Of a stretch of 64,000 bases of DNA, positions 36,841 through 45,895 are shown in pieces; within the stretch, counting starts at the first letter, position 1; each line of letters opens with the position of its first letter. This DNA is from a virus, in the IMG/VR virus record IMGVR_UViG_3300044630_001218, positions 2,280 to 66,279 of that record; one strand, written 5' to 3'. The translations under genes were made by a program, and so were the position numbers. Below the pieces are notes generated by a model. That model was not told the origin of the DNA and made no database searches. It saw only the letters and a program-made list of their open reading frames with translations.

Positions 36841-37173
36841 GTGAGCGCAGCAAACTACGATCTCTCCATCTCTTGCGGCGAGGACTTCAACTTCACGTTG
36901 CGAGTCCTTGACGCCTTTGACGATCCAATCAATTTTACTGGATCTAGTTACGTCGCGGAGATCCGCGAGGAACACAAGAAGCCGCTTATTGCAGCATTTG
37001 CAGTAACATCTTTGGGCGACGGCACACTCAAGTTCGCCTTAACAGACACCCAAACAAAGCTCATTAGCCCCACTCGAAAGTACAAGTGGGACTTCTTTTG
37101 GACCCAATCTGGTATCACAACTAAACTCCTTTACGGCAGCGTGACTGCTGTATCCAACATCAGTAACTTGTAA
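36841..37173 (+). CDS. Small beta-sandwich fibre adaptor (BppU-N-like), paralog of 42084-42461
   Basis: AANYDLSI..GEDF.F....YKWD....KLLYGSVT. Confidence 0.65.
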   Translation: MSAANYDLSISCGEDFNFTLRVLDAFDDPINFTGSSYVAEIREEHKKPLIAAFAVTSLGDGTLKFALTDTQTKLISPTRKYKWDFFWTQSGITTKLLYGSVTAVSNISNL

Positions 37174-38657
37174 TGGCCTCTAACGAAACATCGAAATATA
37201 AGTTGTCTGTAGTTGAGGGCACTGAATTAAAGCTGTCTCTCAACGGCGCTCAAGGACCAATCGGACCAGCCAACACGCTGTCGATTGGTACTGTCACGAC
37301 CGCCGAAACTGGTGTGCCAGCAGCGGCTAGTATTACTGGTTCCAGCCCGACGCAGACGCTTAACCTGACTTTGCCGAAAGGAAATACAGGCACAGGCGCT
37401 GTTGTTATGGTTGGCTCAACTACAACTGGCGCTGCTGGTAGTTCTGCCTCCGTCACCAATTCTGGTACGAGTAGTGCGGCTGTCTTAAACTTTACTATTC
37501 CGCGTGGCAACACTGGAAATACGGGCGCAACCGGTCCAGCTAATACTCTTTCGATTGGCACTGTCGGAACTGGCGTAACGCCATCCGTTACTATTACTGG
37601 TGCAAGCCCCAACCAGACCCTTAACTTTGTACTCCAAAAAGGTGATAAAGGCGATACAGGCGATACTGGTCCCATCGGACCAACTGGCGCGTCGTCGAGT
37701 GTGTTTCCTTATTTTGCCAGAACAACTTCGACCAGTGGCGACCCATCCGTAACATTCATTACGTGGAACCAATCGACTCAAGTTAATGCTACATTCCTAA
37801 ATATTAATCATATTGGATCTGATGGTAATGACTACGATGTATTCCTTGCTTTAATTAAACAGAATGACTTTGTAATTGTTCAAGCGCAAGGAGACTCCGA
37901 TAAGTTTCAAAAGTTTCTAGTTACTGGTGCACCAACTATTATATCAAATAGTTATGTTCGGATTCCAGTAACTAATGATTCTTTCGGAACCAGCCCAACA
38001 AACTTTACACATAACGATCCCGTTCTTTTCATTATCCAGTCCATCGGCCCTACTGGCCCGACTGGACCATCTAATACACTCTCCATCGGAACTGTAACTG
38101 CCGGAGGAATTGGTGTTGCTTCTGCCACGATTACTGGTACTTCGCCAAACCAGACGCTGAATCTGGTTATACCTACTGGTGCAACTGGCGCTACAGGAAA
38201 TACTGGTACAGCAGCTACTATCACTGTTGGCTCCGTTGCAACTGGTGCGGCTGGCAGTTCTGTAACGATCAACAATAGCGGAACAAGTGCCGCAGCTGTT
38301 TTCGATTTCTCTATTCCGAAAGGCGATACTGGAGAAACTGGTCCGATTGGCCCTTCGATTGAGTCGCTCATCATCAACGAAACTACGACGGCGCGCACGC
38401 TCTCATTGACGGACACTAATCAGTACATCCGTTGTACAAACGTCTCTCAGACATTTATCACAGTGCCGCCGGAATCCGCAGTCGCATGGACCGAGGGCGC
38501 AGTCGTCTATTTCCGCCGCGACTCTACTGCTGGCGCAATTAGCCTGACCGCTGGTTCCGGTGTCACAATCAACAACGGCAGCATCGCGCCAACTATTCCA
38601 GTCGATCAGAACTTCGCTCTCAAGAAAGTAGGAACGAACATTTGGGATCTCATCTAA
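37173..38657 (+). CDS. Collagen-like tail/head fibre protein
   Basis: G-X-Y runs alternating with NTLSIGTV and LNF.IP.G repeats. Confidence 0.8.
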   Translation: MASNETSKYKLSVVEGTELKLSLNGAQGPIGPANTLSIGTVTTAETGVPAAASITGSSPTQTLNLTLPKGNTGTGAVVMVGSTTTGAAGSSASVTNSGTSSAAVLNFTIPRGNTGNTGATGPANTLSIGTVGTGVTPSVTITGASPNQTLNFVLQKGDKGDTGDTGPIGPTGASSSVFPYFARTTSTSGDPSVTFITWNQSTQVNATFLNINHIGSDGNDYDVFLALIKQNDFVIVQAQGDSDKFQKFLVTGAPTIISNSYVRIPVTNDSFGTSPTNFTHNDPVLFIIQSIGPTGPTGPSNTLSIGTVTAGGIGVASATITGTSPNQTLNLVIPTGATGATGNTGTAATITVGSVATGAAGSSVTINNSGTSAAAVFDFSIPKGDTGETGPIGPSIESLIINETTTARTLSLTDTNQYIRCTNVSQTFITVPPESAVAWTEGAVVYFRRDSTAGAISLTAGSGVTINNGSIAPTIPVDQNFALKKVGTNIWDLI

Positions 38658-40271
38658 ATGGATCTGAAGCACATCATCCCGCAACAGCGTAGGCGGTCCG
38701 CAGGACCTGCTTTGGATATTCAGTATTCGGTAGATAGGACGAACGTCCCGCGTGTCGGACCGACTCCGACATTTACACGCGCAAGCTCAGGCACGTTCGT
38801 GAATGAGAACCGACGTATTGTCGGAAAAACGACCAGCACCACTTCACTCAATCCGGCATCCGTTCCGGTCGGCGGTGTCGCTGTATTCGCTGTCCCATCC
38901 GGCAGCGTTGTCGGTTGGCTCAATGACTCCGTCGTCTCCGTCATGGTTGACTCGGACGGCAACGATCAGGTTGACGCGCAAGCACACGTCACCGGAACCC
39001 TGCTTCATAAGACCAATACCGCGATCACCCTTCTCGTCACCAGCAAAGTCGGCACGGCAACAGTATCGAGTTGGTTCGTGTCTTATCGTGGGCAGCGCAT
39101 CACGCACGATCCGGTTACAGGCAGGTGTTTGGGTACATTGATCGAGCAAACAAGGACGAATTTATTACTCCAAAGTCAGAATTTCGGAACAACTTGGACT
39201 GATGATATTGCGCGAATATCCATCTCCATCGACCAGACAGTAAGTCCGTCCGAAATAAACGACGCCGACAAAATATCAGAAAATACTACAATTTCAGAAA
39301 GAAGGATATGTATTCAAAGTTTAAACTTTACATCTGGAACGACGTATACATTTTCTTGCTATGTTAAAGCCGCTGAAAGAGAAATAGTTCAATTGGGGTT
39401 TGGCACAAGTATTGGGGCTCAGTATCAAAATTTTATTGTTGGTGGCGTTAATGCGGGCTCATTAGGGGGCGGATCTGGAACAACCGCCTCTATTCAAACG
39501 TTAAAGAATGGTTGGTACAGATGTACTGCTACTATCACAGCTTCTGCAACTGGTTCCAGTCAAGTAACTGTCGGACCTAATATTTCATCAACGGCACTAA
39601 GATGGGCTCCGTATGTCGGCACAATCGGTAGCGGAATCTTTGTTTGGGGCGCTCAACTTGAAACCTCACTAAACGCAACCAGCTACATTCCGACAACCGC
39701 TGTTAGCACAGCGCGAGCGCAAGACTTGCATACGATTACGGGAGCCAACTTCTCGTACATGTACAACCAGAGCAGCGGGACTGTTTTCTGCTCTCATGAG
39801 GTTTCTCCGTTTAATGGCACTCACGGAGTCTACGGGATTACAGCTTCAATTAGAGCAGCAGCAGGTATTACTGCGGTCAGAAATAATTCTACATTGCTGG
39901 TTACGGGAGTGTATAGTTCGCCTCCGAACTTTGATAGTCAGGCGTCTTTTGCTTCTAGTGTGTCAGCATCTGGTCAAACAAAAAGTGCGATTGCCGTTCG
40001 CACAGATGATTTTGCTTACTCCGCCAACGGATCAATTTCAACGGATAGTTCAGGCACACTAAATCCGATCATGGATAGATTTGTGATTGGGGCGACAGGC
40101 AATTTATCAGGCCCGCAAGTCGGTAGTAACATATTTTCCGCGATCCTCTACTATCGTGATCGCCTACCAAACGCCGAACTCCAAACCCTAACCTCTACCG
40201 TATCAGAAACTATCGTTTACAACGGCGTTGCCATCTGGTACAACGGTGAAGGACTCATTGAAACATCATAA
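38658..40271 (+). CDS. Fibre/spike protein with lectin-like domains
   Basis: FTRASSGT, G.LIEQTRTNLL, GWYRC, WGAQLE...ATSYIPT, RAQD. Confidence 0.75.
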   Translation: MDLKHIIPQQRRRSAGPALDIQYSVDRTNVPRVGPTPTFTRASSGTFVNENRRIVGKTTSTTSLNPASVPVGGVAVFAVPSGSVVGWLNDSVVSVMVDSDGNDQVDAQAHVTGTLLHKTNTAITLLVTSKVGTATVSSWFVSYRGQRITHDPVTGRCLGTLIEQTRTNLLLQSQNFGTTWTDDIARISISIDQTVSPSEINDADKISENTTISERRICIQSLNFTSGTTYTFSCYVKAAEREIVQLGFGTSIGAQYQNFIVGGVNAGSLGGGSGTTASIQTLKNGWYRCTATITASATGSSQVTVGPNISSTALRWAPYVGTIGSGIFVWGAQLETSLNATSYIPTTAVSTARAQDLHTITGANFSYMYNQSSGTVFCSHEVSPFNGTHGVYGITASIRAAAGITAVRNNSTLLVTGVYSSPPNFDSQASFASSVSASGQTKSAIAVRTDDFAYSANGSISTDSSGTLNPIMDRFVIGATGNLSGPQVGSNIFSAILYYRDRLPNAELQTLTSTVSETIVYNGVAIWYNGEGLIETS

Positions 40272-40283
40272 ACAAATACTACT

Positions 40284-41174
40284 ATGCCAATCGACTTAGG
40301 AAACGCACCAACTGGAACGCCGCCAACGGCTGAAGAGAAGACACAGATCCTCTCCGCTTTGGGTATTCCAGACGTATCGACCCGCTCCGGCGCAGAGAAC
40401 CTCTCAAACAAGACCCTTGTCAGTCCGGCCTTTAGTGGCACGGCGACTGGTCAGTTGGAGCTTCCGACGCAAGCGTCGTCGTCAGCTAATAGCGTTATGA
40501 CGCGAAATCTACATGAGCAAGAGTTTCACCAAAACTTTTGGGCTCCGATCAATTGGGTCACGCCTACTGCGACAGCAAATGCTAGTGGATCGGTATCTGG
40601 ACAGAATGCTGTTTTGGGTGTGACGGTTTCTGCAGTAACTGGCAACAACGTATATACATCAGATTTTGACAGCATCTTTGCTAACTCTGGTTCCGGTTCT
40701 AACAATCGTTTTAGTGGTGCGAATTTTACCATGTGCTTTGACGCGCAATGCAACGTATTCAGTAACAATGAGATTAGATTACTTTATGGTGTGACGAATT
40801 CTACCACATCACTAGCCGCCGCTGGTTTCGCCGTAGTATGGACTTCCAGCACGACATTAAAACTTCAGATTCACAATGGAACTACGCTGCAAGAATCGCC
40901 ATCTCTAACAATACCATCTCTTTCGATCAACAACTTTCATAGATATATGGTCGTTTGGAGTGGATCAACTCTAACTCTGTACAACAAGCAATGGGCTCCA
41001 ACTGGAGTCCAGACCCGTTGGTCATTGATTGGCTCGTTTACCGGAACTTCTTTACCGACGACCACTTCGGGGACTAAGATTGTTGCTTCAAGTGTCGCAA
41101 TCGGGGCGGGTGCAAATAATTCAAACTTCCGAATCCGCAGCTTTTATGTAGCCCCATTTGTGGCAACTATCTAA
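40284..41174 (+). CDS. Ser/Thr-rich virion fibre/receptor-binding candidate
   Basis: LSNKTL.SP fibre motif; beta-rich C-terminus. Confidence 0.6.
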   Translation: MPIDLGNAPTGTPPTAEEKTQILSALGIPDVSTRSGAENLSNKTLVSPAFSGTATGQLELPTQASSSANSVMTRNLHEQEFHQNFWAPINWVTPTATANASGSVSGQNAVLGVTVSAVTGNNVYTSDFDSIFANSGSGSNNRFSGANFTMCFDAQCNVFSNNEIRLLYGVTNSTTSLAAAGFAVVWTSSTTLKLQIHNGTTLQESPSLTIPSLSINNFHRYMVVWSGSTLTLYNKQWAPTGVQTRWSLIGSFTGTSLPTTTSGTKIVASSVAIGAGANNSNFRIRSFYVAPFVATI

Positions 41175-41179
41175 ACCCG

Positions 41180-41503
41180 ATGACCGACTACCTCCTCAAG
41201 TTCCCGTCCAGAGACGTCGCCATCCAGTTTGGCGCGTCTACTGGCCTTGCCGTGCAGGATGACGACGGCAACTGGTACCCGAATCTTGCATCCCACGAAC
41301 ATGCACTTTTGGAGATCGGGCCCCACAACGGAGAAAATTATTGGATTTTGTTCCGCGATCTGGTCGGTATCCCCATCCCAACTGGCGGCGAAGCGTTCAT
41401 CTATTGGGCATCCGACTGGAGCGTTCTGGACGAAGACGGTCTGGAAACCCACATCCCACGGCCTGTAAATGATCCCGATGTCCCGAACGTCTTTTGGGCT
41501 TAA
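41180..41503 (+). CDS. Fibre-associated small protein
   Basis: DYLLKF...P..P.VFWA pattern following fibre genes. Confidence 0.6.
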   Translation: MTDYLLKFPSRDVAIQFGASTGLAVQDDDGNWYPNLASHEHALLEIGPHNGENYWILFRDLVGIPIPTGGEAFIYWASDWSVLDEDGLETHIPRPVNDPDVPNVFWA

Positions 41504-41506
41504 TCC

Positions 41507-41535
41507 TTGACCCCGAACCCCAAACCCTGTAGACT
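41507..41535 (+). promoter_or_regulatory. Sigma70-type promoter, leaderless
   Basis: TTGACC-17-TAGACT, 6 nt before ATG 41542. Confidence 0.7.
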
Positions 41536-41541
41536 CCTATT

Positions 41542-41799
41542 ATGACTGACACAATCCTCAAACAAAATGCCGGACGCGGTGGTGCTGAAATTGTGAAGGG
41601 CCCCATTCAAATTCCAGCGGGCAACTATTGTGCCATTGAATTCCTCACTAGCGGCGGTTTTTTGGTTGCTATGAACGCGCCCCTTTTGGAGGGGAACCAA
41701 CTGAGCCTAAGCCTTCCTGCTGGATTTCGTATTGACACCCCAATTATTGGGGGCTCCGGCATTGTCAATGCAACTGCAATTCTATATCGATCTGTATAA
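41542..41799 (+). CDS. Small virion protein, tandem paralog 1
   Basis: MTDTILKQNAGRGGA...YC...NAPLL.G.Q...IIGG.G...TAI.Y. Confidence 0.7.
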   Translation: MTDTILKQNAGRGGAEIVKGPIQIPAGNYCAIEFLTSGGFLVAMNAPLLEGNQLSLSLPAGFRIDTPIIGGSGIVNATAILYRSV

Positions 41800-41816
41800 C
41801 TTAAAGTTTTTATCTT

Positions 41817-42077
41817 ATGACTGACACCATCCTTAAACAAGAAGCCGGACGCGGCGGCGCCGTAATTGTGAGTAACGGAACACCTCCGGCTGGCGAATAC
41901 TGTAGACTTCATTGGGTTTCCTCCGGCACAATTACGACGGCCCTAAACGCACCGCTCCTTACCGGAACCCAAACCGGAATCACGTATCCTGCAAACAGCA
42001 GCATTAAGACCACGATCATTGGCGGGACTGGCGTAATTACCGGAACCGCTATCTTCTACAAAGCAATTATCGACTAA
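41817..42077 (+). CDS. Small virion protein, tandem paralog 2
   Basis: MTDTILKQEAGRGGA... same motifs. Confidence 0.7.
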   Translation: MTDTILKQEAGRGGAVIVSNGTPPAGEYCRLHWVSSGTITTALNAPLLTGTQTGITYPANSSIKTTIIGGTGVITGTAIFYKAIID

Positions 42078-42083
42078 GCTAAA

Positions 42084-42461
42084 ATGCTCGCCGCCAACTA
42101 CGATATCACGATCGACCGTGCAGCTGAATACAGCTTCGTTCTGACCATCCAGAACCAGTTGCAGCAGCCGATTGATTTGGACCCGCCAGCGGCGGCAGCT
42201 TACGGTTTCTTTGCCGACATCCGCGATGCCGTTACGAAGAAAGAAGTGGTGTCATTTACGCCGACCATTCTTGACGATGGCAACAACGGTCAGGTAGCCT
42301 TCAACCTTTCAGAGGCGAACACGCTTTCGTTGAAGCCTTCCGGTAGCTACGAGTACGATATCTTCATGCAACGCGCCGCCACTATGGAACGCTTGCTTTA
42401 CGGCTCCGTTACGGTGCGGGCCAACATCACCAAAGGAGCACCAGTAGACCCAATTAGTTAA
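42084..42461 (+). CDS. Small beta-sandwich fibre adaptor, paralog of 36841-37173
   Basis: AANYDITI...YEYDI...RLLYGSVT. Confidence 0.65.
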   Translation: MLAANYDITIDRAAEYSFVLTIQNQLQQPIDLDPPAAAAYGFFADIRDAVTKKEVVSFTPTILDDGNNGQVAFNLSEANTLSLKPSGSYEYDIFMQRAATMERLLYGSVTVRANITKGAPVDPIS

Positions 42462-42465
42462 GACC

Positions 42466-44715
42466 ATGCCCTCAGACACCTACATCTTGACCGTTTCAGA
42501 AGCCGGAGTTTCGGTTCCGTCCACCCACGCCAGCACCCACATTACTGGCGGCAGCGACGTGATCCCAACTGCGACATCGAGCACTAGCGGCCTGATGAGC
42601 GCAGCCATTTTTAACCAGCACGTTACTAACACCGCTAAAGTCTCCAACGCCAACCACACTGGCGACGTCACTGATGCTTCCGGTGTCCTTACTGTTAACA
42701 AGATTAACGGCGTAGCTCTATCTTCTTTCCCAAACAACACAGTTTTAAAAACTACAACTGGTGGTATTATTGCGGCTGCTACCGCTAACGACTACCCAAC
42801 GCTAAACCAGTCTACAACTGGCAACGCACTTACGGCGACAACCGCTACAACCGCTACAAATATCGCTGGCGGTGCTATCGGTTCAGTGCCATACCAAACT
42901 GGATCTGGAGCCACAGCACTACTCGCAGCCGGAACCGCTGGATATGTTCTCAAGTCGAACGGATCAGCCGCTCCTTCATGGGCTCCCGTCGATCTTTCTG
43001 CTGGAATCTCTGGCAGTCTTCCTGTCGCTTCTGGCGGCACTGGCGCAGCTACCTTCACTGCTGGTGTCTTGAAGGCGAACGGAACGAGTTCGTTTACCAC
43101 TGTCGCTGCTCCAGCTGGAGATCTTGTTGGAACATCTGATTCGCAGACGCTTACCAATAAAACGTTTGGTAGTGGTGTTACTTTTAGCACAGCTATTCCA
43201 GTTACTTCCGGCGGCACTGGTGCGGCTACCTTCACTGCTGGTATCTTAAAGGCGAACGGAACAAGTTCATTCACAACTGTGACTGCTCCAGATGGAGCTA
43301 TTGTTGGGACAACTGATACCCAAACCTTAACGAATAAGACTCTTACTTCTCCGACAATTTCTGGTGGCACAATTTCTTCGCTGTCATCCCCTATCGCAGT
43401 TGCTTCCGGCGGTACTGGCGCAGCTACCCTTACTGGTTATGTAAAAGGAACAGGCACTACAGCAATGACTGCTGCTGCTACAGTTCCGGTTGCTGATCTT
43501 ACTGGAACTCTACCAGTCGCAAACGGCGGTACTGGCGTAGCTACCCTTACTGGTTATGTAAAAGGAACAGGCGCTACAGCAATGACTGCTGCTGCTACAG
43601 TTCCGGTTGCTGATCTTACTGGAACTCTACCAGTCGCAAACGGCGGTACTGGCGTAACTACTTCGACTGGTTCTGGCGCAAACGTACTTGCAACTTCACC
43701 GACTTTAGTTACTCCTGTTTTAGGCACACCAGCAGCTGGCAGTATCCTCACTAACTGTACTGGTTTGCCTCTTACTGCTGGCGTAACAGGAATACTGCCA
43801 ATCGCCAATGGAGGCACAGCGAATGACGGCACTGCCGTAACAGCACTTACATTTGACACACTCAAATTTAAAACATCTAGCCAATCAACTGGCGCTCTTT
43901 CGGAGGGCCAGCTTCGTTGGAACGGGATCGACAAGACACTGGACCTTAAAATGTCTGGCACTTCTGTCACGCAACAAGTTGGTCAAGAGGTGCTAATGCG
44001 GGCAACGGCCTCTCAGAATATTCTAAACGGACAAGTAGTCTATATCGACGGTTCTTTTGATGGGATGCCCGAAGTTGGTTTGGCTTCCAATAATTCGTTG
44101 TCGGCTAAGTCGGTTGTCGGACTCGCTACAGAAAATATAAATATTGGTGAATCTGGTTATGTTACCTTAACTGGATTGGTGCGCGGCTTAAACCTAACTG
44201 GATATACCATCGGACAAGAAGTATGGCTATCAACTAGCGGTGGGATCACGGCAACTGAGCCAACGTATCCTGCACACAAAGTACGTGTTGGATACGTTTC
44301 TCACGTAGACGCCTCTACAGGTTCTATTTACGTAACCCCAAAATATTTTGAGAACGGTCTAGTAAATGGCACTGGCAAGATTGGTTATATTAATGGTTCT
44401 GGCGGTATTGTTACACAGAATACAAGCAAGACAACTGGCGTTACCCTTAACACAACAAACGGGCAGATTACGATGAATAGTGCCGCCCTCTCAGCGAACA
44501 CAACTGTTTCGTTTACTCTTACAAACTCCAAAATAGAAGCTGGTGATGTTCTCATCCTGAACCATATTTCCGGCGGCACTAACTTCGCATCATATGTCCT
44601 GAACGCTAGATCAGCTGCTGGTTCTGCGACAATTGATGTCCGTAATGTGACTAGTTCATCACTGTCAGAAGCAATCGTAATCGCCTTCGCTGTAATCAAA
44701 TCTGTAACAATTTAA
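42466..44715 (+). CDS. Long fibre protein with LPVANGGTG and QTLTNKT repeats
   Basis: 749 aa, Thr/Gly/Ala-rich; tandem DNA repeats of 177 and 117 bp. Confidence 0.8.
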   Translation: MPSDTYILTVSEAGVSVPSTHASTHITGGSDVIPTATSSTSGLMSAAIFNQHVTNTAKVSNANHTGDVTDASGVLTVNKINGVALSSFPNNTVLKTTTGGIIAAATANDYPTLNQSTTGNALTATTATTATNIAGGAIGSVPYQTGSGATALLAAGTAGYVLKSNGSAAPSWAPVDLSAGISGSLPVASGGTGAATFTAGVLKANGTSSFTTVAAPAGDLVGTSDSQTLTNKTFGSGVTFSTAIPVTSGGTGAATFTAGILKANGTSSFTTVTAPDGAIVGTTDTQTLTNKTLTSPTISGGTISSLSSPIAVASGGTGAATLTGYVKGTGTTAMTAAATVPVADLTGTLPVANGGTGVATLTGYVKGTGATAMTAAATVPVADLTGTLPVANGGTGVTTSTGSGANVLATSPTLVTPVLGTPAAGSILTNCTGLPLTAGVTGILPIANGGTANDGTAVTALTFDTLKFKTSSQSTGALSEGQLRWNGIDKTLDLKMSGTSVTQQVGQEVLMRATASQNILNGQVVYIDGSFDGMPEVGLASNNSLSAKSVVGLATENINIGESGYVTLTGLVRGLNLTGYTIGQEVWLSTSGGITATEPTYPAHKVRVGYVSHVDASTGSIYVTPKYFENGLVNGTGKIGYINGSGGIVTQNTSKTTGVTLNTTNGQITMNSAALSANTTVSFTLTNSKIEAGDVLILNHISGGTNFASYVLNARSAAGSATIDVRNVTSSSLSEAIVIAFAVIKSVTI

Positions 44716-44720
44716 CGCAT

Positions 44721-45878
44721 ATGCCATTTGAAATAGCATCTCTATCATCTAGTGATACAACGATAAAAGTCTTGCGGAATAAGCCATTTAACATAGCTTT
44801 GAGTAGTTTTTTATCCATATCCTCTGATGAGGCGTTTGGTTCTCCGAAATTTTCAAGTGGCCTCTTTTATTCGGTAAGATCAAATTCTTGGGATCAATTT
44901 AACAGAGAGGGTTATGTGGTAGTTAGTCCGTCTCTTAGTTCGAACAGTACTCCCAACACAACTCGGGAGTTGTACCTGTGGAGTTCTCTTTTTGCATCTA
45001 TTACATGCGATAATCTACCGTCCGGTGTTAATTTTTTTAAAGAACGAAACTCAATATATTATTATTGCGACCCATTTGATTTATTAATTAATTCATACCC
45101 ATCTAATACTAGACTTTATGGAACTATAAACACTTCTGGAACATATGAATTTTATTTAAAAGCAAACATACTCTTTGTACCAAATCAGTATTATAAAGTT
45201 ACAGCGGACTATCTTAGTTACGGCACCTTTTCCCTACCTCATGACTCATATTCACAATTTGTAGCTTCCCTAGTGCCTGAACCTTCTGGTAATGTAGCAC
45301 AACCATTACAAATTGGAGAAGAAAGAGATAGAGACATAATTCGAGTCTCTAGTGATACCATTAAAGTAACTTTAGTTGTGGAAGACCCACCTGATGAAGT
45401 TAATTCTAACCCTAATCCTAACCCCAACCTTAACCCGACTCAAGCAACTACTGGATCGAGTACAAGCGAAGTCGAGTTGCATGTGGTACCAATCACGACT
45501 TCAACCCTTACTTCGTCCGCTAGATCTATTACAGTACCGTTTACCGCAACTCGAATAGCGACTACTTCTGCACCCACACAGAGCTTCATGGTTAAATTCG
45601 GCGGAGTTAATGTGATGGACGCGGCGTTTGTTACCACTTCAATTGCAGCTACGTCTTGTGTAATTTCTGCAAAAATATCAAAAACATCTTCGTCAATGTT
45701 TAGATTTGATATTTCAATAAACAGCAGCATTGATGGTGTACAACAACAATCTATAACACGTACTAAATCTGTTTCTATTTCAAGTTTCTCAAACTCAAAT
45801 CTAAGTTTACACGCAACCAATGCTGCTGGATCAAGCGCACCTATTATCTCTAATTACGGAAATATAATTAACGTCTAA
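44721..45878 (+). CDS. Ser-rich hypothetical virion protein (AT-rich gene)
   Basis: 385 aa; NPNPNP linker between two beta-rich halves. Confidence 0.6.
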   Translation: MPFEIASLSSSDTTIKVLRNKPFNIALSSFLSISSDEAFGSPKFSSGLFYSVRSNSWDQFNREGYVVVSPSLSSNSTPNTTRELYLWSSLFASITCDNLPSGVNFFKERNSIYYYCDPFDLLINSYPSNTRLYGTINTSGTYEFYLKANILFVPNQYYKVTADYLSYGTFSLPHDSYSQFVASLVPEPSGNVAQPLQIGEERDRDIIRVSSDTIKVTLVVEDPPDEVNSNPNPNPNLNPTQATTGSSTSEVELHVVPITTSTLTSSARSITVPFTATRIATTSAPTQSFMVKFGGVNVMDAAFVTTSIAATSCVISAKISKTSSSMFRFDISINSSIDGVQQQSITRTKSVSISSFSNSNLSLHATNAAGSSAPIISNYGNIINV

Positions 45879-45895
45879 TAGACTAGAATTAAAAT

